A stretch of DNA of 64,000 bases from Antechinus flavipes (Eukaryota), in assembly GCF_016432865.1 (NCBI RefSeq), contig NC_067398.1, positions 654,720,001-654,784,000 on the forward strand, in the 5' to 3' direction. The notes under the pieces are model-generated. The model made no database searches. It saw only the letters and a program-made list of their open reading frames with translations, and had not been told where the DNA came from. This document shows positions 1 through 14,974 of this stretch, in pieces (the first letter of the stretch is position 1; every line of letters begins with the position of its first letter). The position numbers and the translations under genes were made by a program.

Positions 1-3000
1 AAGGTGCCCAGGTAGGGGATAGGACCAGGGGGCACTTTCTGGAACGGATCAGAAGCTCAATCAATTCCCTTGGGCAATATTGTCCCAACCCTGGTTCCAC
101 CTGTTCCATCATGTCTCCCAGTCCTAGTCCCACCTCTCCCAGAACAGCTTCTCTTAGCCCTCTTCCCTAGGCCTGCCGCCTCCTCAAGTTCAATATAGTC
201 CATTACCAATGGAAGGACTCCTGGAGCGGTCTCCTCTTCAGGGGAGGATAAGGGGGCTTCTTCCTGGGAAAGAAATAGGGGTAAAGAAAGAATCCAAAAG
301 GTAGAACCCTAATCCCTACTTTCAACAGTTAAACCAGAGCCCCCAGGAGAAGAAAACCTTTATTTTGTGTAATGAAGGTTTAGCCACAAAGGCAAAAAAT
401 GTTGGGTACTGAACCAGCAGTTGGGTGCTTAGTGGAGAAATCAACAAATTTGAGGACAGATGAAAACTTCAAGGATCCCTTCTTTAAAAGGGCCAAATGA
501 GGCAAGGGAGAGAAACATGAGGAAGGGGAGCTTGTCCACGAAGGGATGCTAAAGTGGTCAAGGCTGAACTTCAGTTCTGGACACGGGGAAAGTATCGTTT
601 TCTACCTGCCTTTGCATCCCTTCTAGAATTCCCAGACCCTCATCACAGCTTCTAGCTTAAACGTTTTTATTTGTACCCAAAAATATTGCTTAAGTGCACT
701 GCTAACAATGTGTCTAACCACCCTGAGCTATGGCTCCAGACTCAAGTCTACATTTATTATTTATTTATTAAGCCCCTAATATGTGCCAGGCTGGTAACAA
801 AGTACCTGGTACCTTGGTGATACCTGGGACCATGATACTCATGGTTCTCTAGATATCTCCCTACCCCTTTCAGCTTGAAAAGTCCCACCTCAGGAACTCC
901 AGTAGTGTCCAAAGCCCTTCTGTACCTGGGAGAGAATCTCTCGGCTGTTAAGGTGATTGTTCTCATCAGAGAAAATATTGGAGAGTTTCCGGTATATGGA
1001 CAGAGGTTCCCTAGGGAACAGAGAAAGGGGGAACAAGGTCAAAAGTGAGATAGCATCTTTATGAAGTCTCTGCTGGTCGGTTTCTATGGCCACAGCCTCT
1101 CAGAAGGGATGTCCAGAGTAATCTTCTTTAGCTACAACCTGTTTACAAAATGGGGGGGGGGGCGCTTTTCTCTCTGAGTTGCTCATTGCACTTTTGCATG
1201 GCGGGGATTGCTAGGAAACTTCTCAAATCCTAAATCTTCCTCTTAGCAACCCAGTGTTCTTAGTTCTATCCTCCTCTGGTCCCCATTCCCTGTAACAGTT
1301 TTCCAGTGTCCCTGCCCAATCCCATCTATCCCATCCTCAGCCTAGAGTCTTGGATCACATTAGGAAGGAGAGAGATTGCCTGCTCTCTCTTGCTCACTTG
1401 CAGCCCTCCCTGGCCCAAGCCCTCACCGGCTCACAGCCGCCCAACTCCTCTTGAGTCTGTATATTGGGTTGGACTGCAGTGCTGAAAGGATAGCCCTGAG
1501 GGACGAAAAGTTTCTCAGCTTCCTACAGTGCTGGGTGAGAAAAATTAGGCCATGTTAGATCCTGTTAGTCTGTGCTGAAGACCCTTGGAGTCCCACCCAT
1601 GGCCCCCCGGAGGCTTTCCGGCTATTTTTGGCCCCACACCTGAGCAATGAAAATCCACTTCTCCAGGCGTTGGGCCCGATGGGGTGGGGACAGTCCTGGT
1701 CCTGCCAGCACAGAGCTCAGGACACAACTGGTTACTGCATTGAACTGGGCCACAGTGGCTCGGACAGAAGGGGCAGTCCCGAGGCCCCCTGCTTTGTCCC
1801 TGTGAGACCACACAGAGCCCAGGCACTCCCAAAGGCATACTCGAGAAAAAAGTTCCTGCAGGTTGGGGTAGAGGTGGGGAAAGATACAACAGCATAAGAC
1901 ACAACCTCCCTGCATTGTTGGTCTCCTCACCTCACCCCCAATCTCCCCTGGGACTCTAAGTCTGAGCAAGGGGGTAGTTCTGAGGTCCAAGCTTAGGGAT
2001 GAAGAAGGTAAACATTCGTGCCCTATGTAGCAGGTACAGATTAAGGAGGAGAGGGCCAGGGAGGTGTCCTTATTCTATCCAACGGGATCAGAGTTGGAGA
2101 CAGATGTTCATGTCCATCGGAGTAAGGGGGAACGTGTCCAGAGTGTGCCATCCTTCTGTCCCACAGGGTTGGGGGAAGGGACCAAGGTCAGGTGATCTCA
2201 GAAAAGACCTCAGGGGCCACCTAGTCCACATCATACTCTCTATAATATATTGGTCAAGTAGTTATCTAGCCTTTGAAGACCCCCAATGAGAGGGAACTCG
2301 CTTCCTCCTGAGGCAGCCCATTACAGTTCCAATTGTTAGGACAGCAAGTCAAATCTGCCTCTTTGCACATCCACCTATTGCTCCTAATACTTGCCCTCTG
2401 GAATCAAGTAGAACATTGCTTGTCCCTCTCTCTTATGGCAAATACTTCAATGATCATAGATCTTGATCCTTCTGAGGACCAGAAACTTCATACTAGAAGG
2501 GAACTCATTGGGCAGAGAGTCCTCCCCATAACTTTCTAGATAAGGAAACTGGAGCTTAGAGAGATTGTGGTTGCAGAGACCACCAAGCTGGAATATGAAA
2601 CCAGGACTTTAAATCTAGCACTTTTCTACTATATTCCAGAAGAAAGTAACACGTCCTCCCCATAATCTATTTTTCAGGCTAAATCTACCTAATTCTTTTA
2701 ACTGACCTTTATGGAACAACCTTCAGGTCCTTAGTGTGCCCTGCTTAAATAATAACTCTGGGCCAATTAGGTGATGCAGTGGATGGAGCTCTGGACCTAG
2801 AGTCAGGAGGACTTGAATTGAAATCCAGCTTCAGACACTAATTTAGCTATGTAACCTTAACCCTCCAAACAAAATGATTGCTAGAATCAAATCCAGATGT
2901 AGGACAACCAGAGTTCAAATCTTGCCCCTCTCTCTCTGCTTCTAAGTCCTTAATAAGTGGGCAAATCACTTACTTAATCTATCTTATGCTTTTTTTTCAT

Positions 3001-6000
3001 CTCTAAAATGAAGGTATTGGACTCTAAAGTCCTCCCTCCAGCTGTAACCCTATCATTTGTAATCCTGGTGGAAGCTACGTGGTGCAGTGGATAGACGACT
3101 GGGCCCAGAGTCAGGAAGACTTTACTAAATTGTATGACAGTAGGCAAGCCACTTAACTTCTCTCTGCCTCAGCTGTAAAACAGGGATAATATTGGTATCT
3201 GCCTTCCAGGGTTGTTGAGGAAATAAAATATTATATCTGTGAAGTACTAAGCGAATCTTAAAATGCTATATAAATGCTAGTATCATCTTATGATATTGTG
3301 ATGGACTCTTAAAGGACAACTTGGTGTTCCATTATACTCTTTATCCTACTCATTTTGGTTTTAAAATCTCTACTTTCCATAGTCTGAATACCACTCACTT
3401 TGCTATGAAAAACAGAAGAGTTAAGTAGTTTTGCCCCCCTTCAGAGAATCCATTATTTTCCCTCTCAAGTAACAGTTCTATCCTTTTTTTTTTTCTTTTC
3501 TTTTTCCCAGAGTAGTTAGGAAAAAAAATAAGCCATTCAAATGTATACTTTCCCCACCAGCTGTTGCTCATTCTGAGTTTGTACTCCAACACTATTAAGT
3601 GACTTTTATATTCACTTTCTGTTCCCTAGCCATCCTCCTACCTTTTCTGAAATTTTTCTAATATCTCAATTGGTCAAATAATTCCCTGTGCATCCATTCA
3701 CACTATAAACCTCCTCTTTTCCTTTTCAGTGGTTTTTCTTTGGGTCATCACAATTCCATTTCTCACTACTATTGGACTGGTTTCTCTGTCAATTTTTATT
3801 CCACAGGAGCCCATCTTTTTTTCTGAACCTTTTGACATTTGTTCTCCCCAAACCTAAGGTGCACGTTAGATCCCATCCTTAGTCTAAGCAGCAGAATCAA
3901 GAGGAGTTAGAGGCTACCCTCACCATGTCCATCAGGGTCAGTTGCTCAGCTACCTCATCCACACTGAAATCCAGTAGCTCTGGGCCCTTCTTTACATGCT
4001 CTTCTTCCTCTTCCAGGGGGTTTTCTGGGCCTGGAGACTCTAGGTAAGGGGAGTTAAAAAGAGGCAAGAATAGTCCTTCCCCTTTGGAGAGGTCTCCTAC
4101 AGCCTCTGGTCTCAGAGTTCTCCTACAGCCATGGGAAGACAGGGGGACTGGGGGGAGAACAGGGTAGGAGGAAGAAACCTTCCTTTAGCCACAATTGGCC
4201 TTCAAAGAAGTTCTGTCTCTAACACAAATGTGAGCCCCAAGAGACAAAGAGAAAGGGAGACATGGGGAAAAGGAGAGAGGGAAGGGATTAGAAGGGAGGA
4301 CTTGTCCCAAAATATGTGGGGAAAAGAGCCTACTGGACATGGAATCAGAAGAGCTCACATCCTAGCTCTACTACCTGGGAACTAGGTGGCTAAGTGGATG
4401 GAGCGCCAATCCCAGAGTCAGGAGGCCCTGAGCTCAGACGCTTCCGAGCTGTGTAAGGCTGGGCAACTCATTTAACCCCTGTTTGCCTCATCTATAAAAA
4501 TGAACTGGAGAAGAAAAAGGCGAACCTTTCTGGCAGCTTTCCTAAGAAAACCTCAAATGGGATCTCAGAGTCGCACATAACTGAAACAACTTTTTCTTCT
4601 TCTGTCTGTATAGTGCTTTAAGTGTAAAAAAAAATGAATATATATTTATTGCACTGAATCAGATCTGTAAAATGGAGCCACTGAACTGCATCATCATAAA
4701 GGCCCCTTCTAGCTCTGACCTTGGGATCCTATGATTTCAGCCTGGGTGGAAATATTTAATATTCAAATAATATTAGTAATAGTAATATAAAATTCCTTAA
4801 GTACTTTTAGCAAAGCCTTTTCCTCCCTATAACCCTGTGAGGTAAGGAGTAAGAGGCATTGTCCCCATTTTACAGATGAGAAAGCGGAGGCTCATGAGAG
4901 GTAAGGTGAGGAGTTGGGTCTCTTGTGGCCGCATGGAAATCCAGGTTATTTATATGGCCAGTTCTTTCTACTATGTTTACTCCACCCAAAGGCACTCCTG
5001 GGGAAAGGAAAAAAAGGTCTCCTCCCTCCCTGCCTGGGTCCCTCCCTGCCCGTGCAGGTTGGATTTCTGAGTTAGCTGGCAATGAAGGCCCTCTCTCCGA
5101 TGGCCTAGGATGGCCAGACCACAGGCAGAGAAGCTGGTGGGGATGGGGAGGAGGTACCATGGTGGGAGGGCTCTGGCAGCTCTGGGGCCTCCTCGGCCCC
5201 CTCTTCCTCCTCCTGGAGCTTCTTGGCCACCTCCTCGCTTTCCTCCTCTTGGAAGTGCTTCAGCAGCCTTTCAGCTTCTTGGCTTTCTGGCCCCCCGGGG
5301 GCAGCCCAACTCAGGAAGGCACAGACCCGGACCAGGCTGCAGTGGGCAGGTGGATCTCTGAAGTCTTGGGGGTGATCCAGCAGCCAGGAGCCCAGCACAG
5401 AGACCAAAGCCCTGCAGCCAAAGTCTAGCCTCAGACAGACCTCAGAGGCCCTTCTCATCTCCTAGCGAGGGACCCAGAACCCCGGACTTCTCAAACTTCA
5501 CCTCCAATCCCGTCATCGACCTCTCACCTTTCACCCCCCAAACCCCTAGCCCAGCCACGCATCCTGGATACCCCGGAGACTCATCCAAGGGCTCGGGGAA
5601 AATGGGCACCAACCTGGCCTCCTGCTCCTGGCTCAGATCCAAGGGGCCTTGGCCTGGCTCCTGCAATCCTTCCCTGGAACAGCCCCCAGGAAAGCGTCAG
5701 GGAAGGGGCGGCTAAGAGGGAGGCAGGCTTCCCTAACTGGAGGAGAATGTCTGGCTGGAAGGCTGATGCCGGAGGAGGACAGGGGCAAGCTTCAGGCTGT
5801 AATCCCTGGGGCTGGGGAAAGGGCGGTTACTGAAGCGGGGAGTGACCCGAGAGGAGTAGGAGGGAGGAAGGAGCGGAGACCAGAGAACCTGCCGGATGGA
5901 CCCTACGGAGAAGGGGGGTGAAAGGGAACCTCACTAACCCTTGGGGTCTTGGGGCCCGCGGCAACAAGAGACCCAGTACAAGGTCGGTGGGGACGAAGGC

Positions 6001-7176
6001 CCGGTGCGTGGCCAGGAAGGCGGGAACAAAGGCCGGGTCCTGTTCGTGATCCCCACGGACCAACTCTAGTACCAGCCGCTCCAGGGGCGCTGCGCGCAGC
6101 GCCCGAACTTTGCACGTGCGGTAGTGCACGAAGTCTTCAGAACGCCCAGGATCCGGAGCCTTGAGGAGGTAGCCGCAGTCAGCCCCTGGCAGTGAGCTCC
6201 CCAAAGCCCCTAGGATCCCGGTCCTGCCCCACCCAGCTCCTACTTCTTCCAGCCTCAAGCTTCTTACCCCTCTTCTGCCCCCAACCTCCCAGCCCCTGCC
6301 CGGTTCCTCACCTGTCCCCACCCCCTTCCCCCTGCGGGTTCCCCACCTGTCCCCACCCCCTTCCCTCTCCTGCCCCCACCCCCCCCTTCCCCCTGCCCGG
6401 TTCCTCACCTGCCCCCACCCCCTTCCCTCACCTGCCCCCACCCCCTTCCCTCACCTGCCCCCACCCCCTTCCCTCACCTGCCCCCACCCCCTTCCCTCTC
6501 CTGCCCCCACCCCCTTCCCTCACCTGCCCCCACCCCCTTTCCCCTGCCCGGTTCCTCACCTGCCCCCACCTCCTTCCCTCACCTGCCCCCACCTCCTTTC
6601 CCCTGCCCGGTCCCTCACCTGCCCCCACCTCCTTTCCCCTGCCCGGTCCCTCACCTGTCCCCACCCCCTTCCCTCTCCTGCCCCCCCCCCCCCTTCCCCC
6701 TGCGGGTTCCCCACCTGCCCCCACCCCCTTCCCTCACCTGCCCCCACCCCCTTCCCCCTGCCGGGTTCCTCACCTGTCCCCCCTTCCCCCTGCCCGGTTC
6801 CTCACCTGCCCCCACCCCCTTCCCTCACCTGCCCCCACCCCCTTCCCCCTGCCGGGTTCTGCACCTGGCCGGACCCCCTACTCCCAGCTGGGTTCCTCAC
6901 CTGGCCCCGCCCCCTTCCTCGGCCCCGACTCGGGCCAGGCCGCTGGCTGCGTTGCCTCCGCAGGGTGACATTGTACACGGCTCCGTCCACCTCCTCTTCG
7001 CCCCATTCTTGGAGTGGCGCCTGTGGGGACCCGGAGGCAGATTTGGGGTCTGGAGGTGACTTGGCCAAGAAGCCCGAGGACAGACGTGGCTCCCTCCCCG
7101 ACCCGCTGGATCTCCTCCTGCCAGCCCCCCTTGTCCTCGTTACCAGGGCGAGTTCCTTCCCCGAGGGCCGCTCCAT
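1..7176 (-). CDS. RGL3: RGL3, Ral guanine nucleotide dissociation stimulator-like 3 (REM + CDC25/RasGEF domains); 11 coding exons seen, 3' part lies beyond window position 1
   Basis: Exons (minus): 7144-7176 ([11 protein letters not shown]), 6901-7020 ([26 protein letters not shown]..), 5939-6159 (..[23 protein letters not shown].., AAG acceptor), 5614-5673, 5158-5411 ([21 protein letters not shown]), 3924-4039 ([18 protein letters not shown]), 1640-1855 ([19 protein letters not shown]), 1427-1530 ([30 protein letters not shown]), 926-1010 ([21 protein letters not shown]), 207-263, <1-38 ([13 protein letters not shown]). All junctions are GT-AG with matching phases. Peptides match recalled human RGL3. 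Confidence 0.95.
2760..3290 (+). mobile_element. Cluster of MIR/CORE-SINE fragments in RGL3 intron 6
   Basis: Repeated gcagtggat..gagtcaggaagac heads and ctcatctgtaaaatg-like cores. Confidence 0.7.
4378..4592 (+). mobile_element. MAR1-type marsupial CORE-SINE (tRNA-derived head, CORE, RTE-like tail)
   Basis: Head ctaggtggctaagtggatggagc..gagtcaggagg, core ctgggcaactcatttaacccctgtttgcctc, tail ctggagaagaaaaaggcgaacc..aagaaaacctcaaatgggatc..cataactgaaacaac. Family assignment is from recalled consensus. Confidence 0.75.
6290..6925 (-). repeat. GC-skewed minisatellite (VNTR) in RGL3 intron 2, mixed ~23-bp and ~36-bp units
   Basis: Repeated plus-strand units cctcacctgcccccacccccttc, with and without ccctgcccggtt. 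The array extends into the last ~24 nt of exon 2. Confidence 0.92.
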
Positions 7177-7199
7177 GACTCGGACACCTGCAGCTGGCC

Positions 7200-7520
7200 C
7201 GGCTCCGACTCCGGCTCCGACCGCGGCGGGACTGAGACGGAAGAGTGGACCGAGCAGCTTGGAAGCGGAGCGCTCTGGCTCGGGCAGCTGCAGCTGCGGG
7301 GCTCCTGCTCCGGTCGAGGGCGGGGTTGGGAGAGGGGTCTGCGAGGGGGGACGACGGGGGAGGGGCAGAGGCGGGGGCTGGGGGGAGCTTTGGGGCGAGG
7401 GCCTGCCGCGCGCCAGGATGGGGGTCACTGAGGCTCAGGCGCTTAAAACTGCGGGCGGGGGGGCGGGGTCGGGTGCGCCCCGCTGACTGCCTCGGGTAGG
7501 TGGGTGCTGGGCGGGCTATT
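7200..7520 (-). promoter_or_regulatory. RGL3 CpG-island promoter / 5' UTR region
   Basis: CpG-dense sequence directly upstream of the ATG at 7176, with GC boxes (ggggcggggtc near 7460, tgggcgggc near 7508). Confidence 0.6.
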
Positions 7521-7821
7521 TCCACAACAGCCAGGATGGGGACACGGGACAGGAGGCCGGTCAGGAGGCGGAGAGTCCCAGCCACTGCCCACCTGGCCCG
7601 GGCCAAACCGGGAAGTACTTTCCAAACTTCCAGGAGCCTTTTTGTGGGGGGTGGGGGGATGGGAGGAAAGGTGCCCTTCAAATCCACACACCTGGAAAGC
7701 ACCCCTCTCCCCAACCCCCACCAGGACCTGAAACCTAACCTAATCTTTCTGTCCTGGCCAAGGTCTCCGTGCGGGCAGTCCTGGCCAATTTCGGTTTCTC
7801 TAAATCTCTAGTTATCTGTCT

Positions 7822-7975
7822 CTACTTAGCTGTGTGACTGTGGGCAAGTCACAATCTCTGAGCCTGCTTCCTCATCTGTAAAATGGGCATAACAATACTC
7901 TACAAGGCTGTTGTGAGGAACAAATGGGATAATATGAAAAATTCTTGTTAAATCTTACAATCCTTTACAAAAGTC
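7822..7975 (+). mobile_element. MIR SINE between RGL3 and ODAD3
   Basis: acttagctgtgtgactgtgggcaagtcac..cctcatctgtaaaatgggcataacaatac..gttgtgagg. Confidence 0.75.
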
Positions 7976-8093
7976 AGCTTAGCACCGTGTGCTTCTGCAT
8001 CCCTCCCTCTTTCCTTTAGGACCAGAGTGACCCTTTCTCCCAGGGGCCCCTGGTAGGCAGACACAGGAACACAGCTCAGGCTCCTTTGTAACT

Positions 8094-8099
8094 TTTATT
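8094..8099 (-). terminator. Polyadenylation signal AATAAA of ODAD3/CCDC151
   Basis: Plus-strand tttatt about 450 nt past the stop codon. Confidence 0.65.
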
Positions 8100-8550
8100 G
8101 CCTGATTTAAAAAATGACCACTGGGAGGCGGGCAGTGAACCCTGAGTGTAATACAGGGCCTTTGAGACCTTCCCAGTCCTAGGAGATTTATGATTGATGG
8201 TGGGAACAGTCAGGAACTCGGTCCCACCTCCCTAAGCCGGGCCAGCAAAGCCCTGAGCCTGCCTCCCGAGGGACAGGGACATTGCTACTCTCCCAGGCCT
8301 TAGGGGTGGGAAAAGGCTGCAAACCGTTCGTGCCCAGCTCTGCAGGCTAAGACTTATTCCTAGGTAGGAGGGAAGCCAGATCATCTAACTAGGTCGTGAA
8401 GAAGGGGAGAGGACCCAGGTCCACCATTTGGGCCTTCCAGAAAGAACCTGGGGCTGGGCAGGGCCATGAGGTGCTTTAACTGGCCCAGATTGGGGTTTGT
8501 GACTGCCCCCCTGGAGGGGCGCTAGCAGCCAGGCCAGGAGGATGTGGCAC

Positions 8551-13549
<4,999 letters not shown>

Positions 13550-13969
13550 GCTTAAGCCTTTGCAAAAGAGTCCTTCTTAGCCTCTGGATAAAGGGTAGGA
13601 TGGAGCCTACCCTAAGGGGAGGGGGCAGAAATTAGCCTATGAGAAAGGATTCTCCTGGGTTGAGGGAGCAGGTTGTGGCCAAGCCCGTAGTATTTAGAAA
13701 ATGGGGAGCGTATCCTGGGCAGTCAGAGAAGAAACGAAGGTGAGAGAAGGGGAAATAAAGGTTGAAGTTCCGGGTAGAATAGAGGATTTCTGAAGGCTTA
13801 TTCCCAGGGTTCAGGGAAGGGCTGTCCCTGGACAAGAGGAAACTATGGAAAAAGCTAGCGCCTGGACATTCCTGGAAGGAGCTCTGCTGGCGCCTGAGGC
13901 TCAGATTCGAGGGTCCTTGGGACTCCCACCCAGACTAAGTCCAGATGGAGCCTCTCAGCATCTGTCTCT

Positions 13970-14020
13970 GTTGCTAGGAAACCATCTCCCCCTTCTCCCG
14001 CCAGCCGCTACCATGGAAAC
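13970..14020. promoter_or_regulatory. Two RFX X-box-like motifs upstream of the ciliary gene ODAD3
   Basis: GTTGCTAGGAAAC at 13970-13982 and GCTACCATGGAAAC at 14007-14020. RFX factors are established regulators of cilia genes. Confidence 0.7.
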
Positions 14021-14269
14021 CGGCCGCGTCCCACGCGATCGTTCCCATTGGCTGATGCTGCTCCACGGGGACGGGAAGTGGGATCAGCCTTAAGACTGGG
14101 CGGGGCATGCTGGGAAAGAAGGAAGGAGGGAGGAAAGGGTGGCGGGGCCCGACTGTCAAATGATCTCGGATTTCCAGTCTTTGGAGATTGAGCCAGAACT
14201 ATCAGTGACGCCAGGGGAAGAGGATAGAGGGATTTTTCATTCATTTCTGCCTTTTCAGCATTAAATAGC

Positions 14270-14520
14270 TCCGCTATCAAGATGGCGCCTACCAGCCGCC
14301 ATTAAGCGCGAGACCCCTCCCCCTCTCCCCAGTCTCTTACTGTCCTACCCAAGATGGCTGCTAGAGCTTGAGATTCATTTCCGCCACTCTCAACATGGCT
14401 GCCAGAGTGCTCGCTGCCGCCCCTCTTCCGGGCATCCGGGATTGGGCAGCAAGCCGGAACTTCTGGTGTTCCTTACTTCCGTTTCCTGTTCCTGGCTGGC
14501 GCCTGATCGGGCGTGTGCTG
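14270..14520 (+). promoter_or_regulatory. PRKCSH housekeeping-type promoter and probable non-coding first exon
   Basis: Three YY1-like motifs (caagatggcg 14278, caagatggctgc 14350, caacatggctgc 14391), ETS cores (ccggaa, acttccgtttcc 14452-14487), a donor ctg|gtgagc at 14520/14521, and an acceptor taag| at 14945 just before the ATG exon. Confidence 0.6.
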
Positions 14521-14974
14521 GTGAGCAGGGGCGGAGGAAAGTGACTTTTGGCTCCGGCCCCGCGTAGGTCCACCGGCTGGATGGGTGGGTGGGAGGCTGA
14601 TGAGGGCCTGCATTTGTGGTAAGGGGTCTACATTGGCTGAGAGGTTGGGACTCCCATTGGCTGAGAGGGAGTGATGTGGGACTCCCATTGACTGGGAGGA
14701 GGGCGACGGACTTTCCGTGACTGGGGGGGGGGGGGAGGTGATGGGGTCTTCCATTGGCTGAGGGGGGGAGGAGCTCCCGCTGGGCCCCATTGCCTAGGAG
14801 GCGGATAAGTTCCTGCAATTAGCTTGAGATCATTGATTGTCTGCTTTGTAATTGATTGTCTGCAATTGTAGTTGGAAAGGTAAGAACAGGCATTCCTTTC
14901 CGTGGGCCCTCACCTTCCCCCTTGTGTTTTTCCTCTTGCCCTAAGAGTTGCTGCTGCTTCCTGTGCCCGGTACA

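Noticed and set aside
2760-4592. tRNA-like A/B-box sequences
   Set aside because: These are heads of MIR/MAR1 SINEs, with no cloverleaf, and are followed by SINE core sequence.
5614-5660. Alternative RGL3 exon-4 acceptor ttgcag| at 5660
   Set aside because: It is out of phase with the GG|gttagt donor and gives an early TGA. The 5673 acceptor keeps the frame, although pairing 5660 with a TTA|gtgagg donor cannot be excluded.
6290-6925. CRISPR-like regularly spaced repeats
   Set aside because: There are no unique spacers, the context is a eukaryotic intron, and no cas genes are present.
6192-6968. 258-aa Pro-rich ORF on + and the Gly/Arg-rich ORFs on - in the same region
   Set aside because: These are translations of the stop-free minisatellite, with no independent coding signal.
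14625-14800. ER-stress element (CCAAT-N9-CCACG) in PRKCSH
   Set aside because: I checked the main CCAAT units by hand and none has CCACG at the required spacing, nor an ERSE-II.
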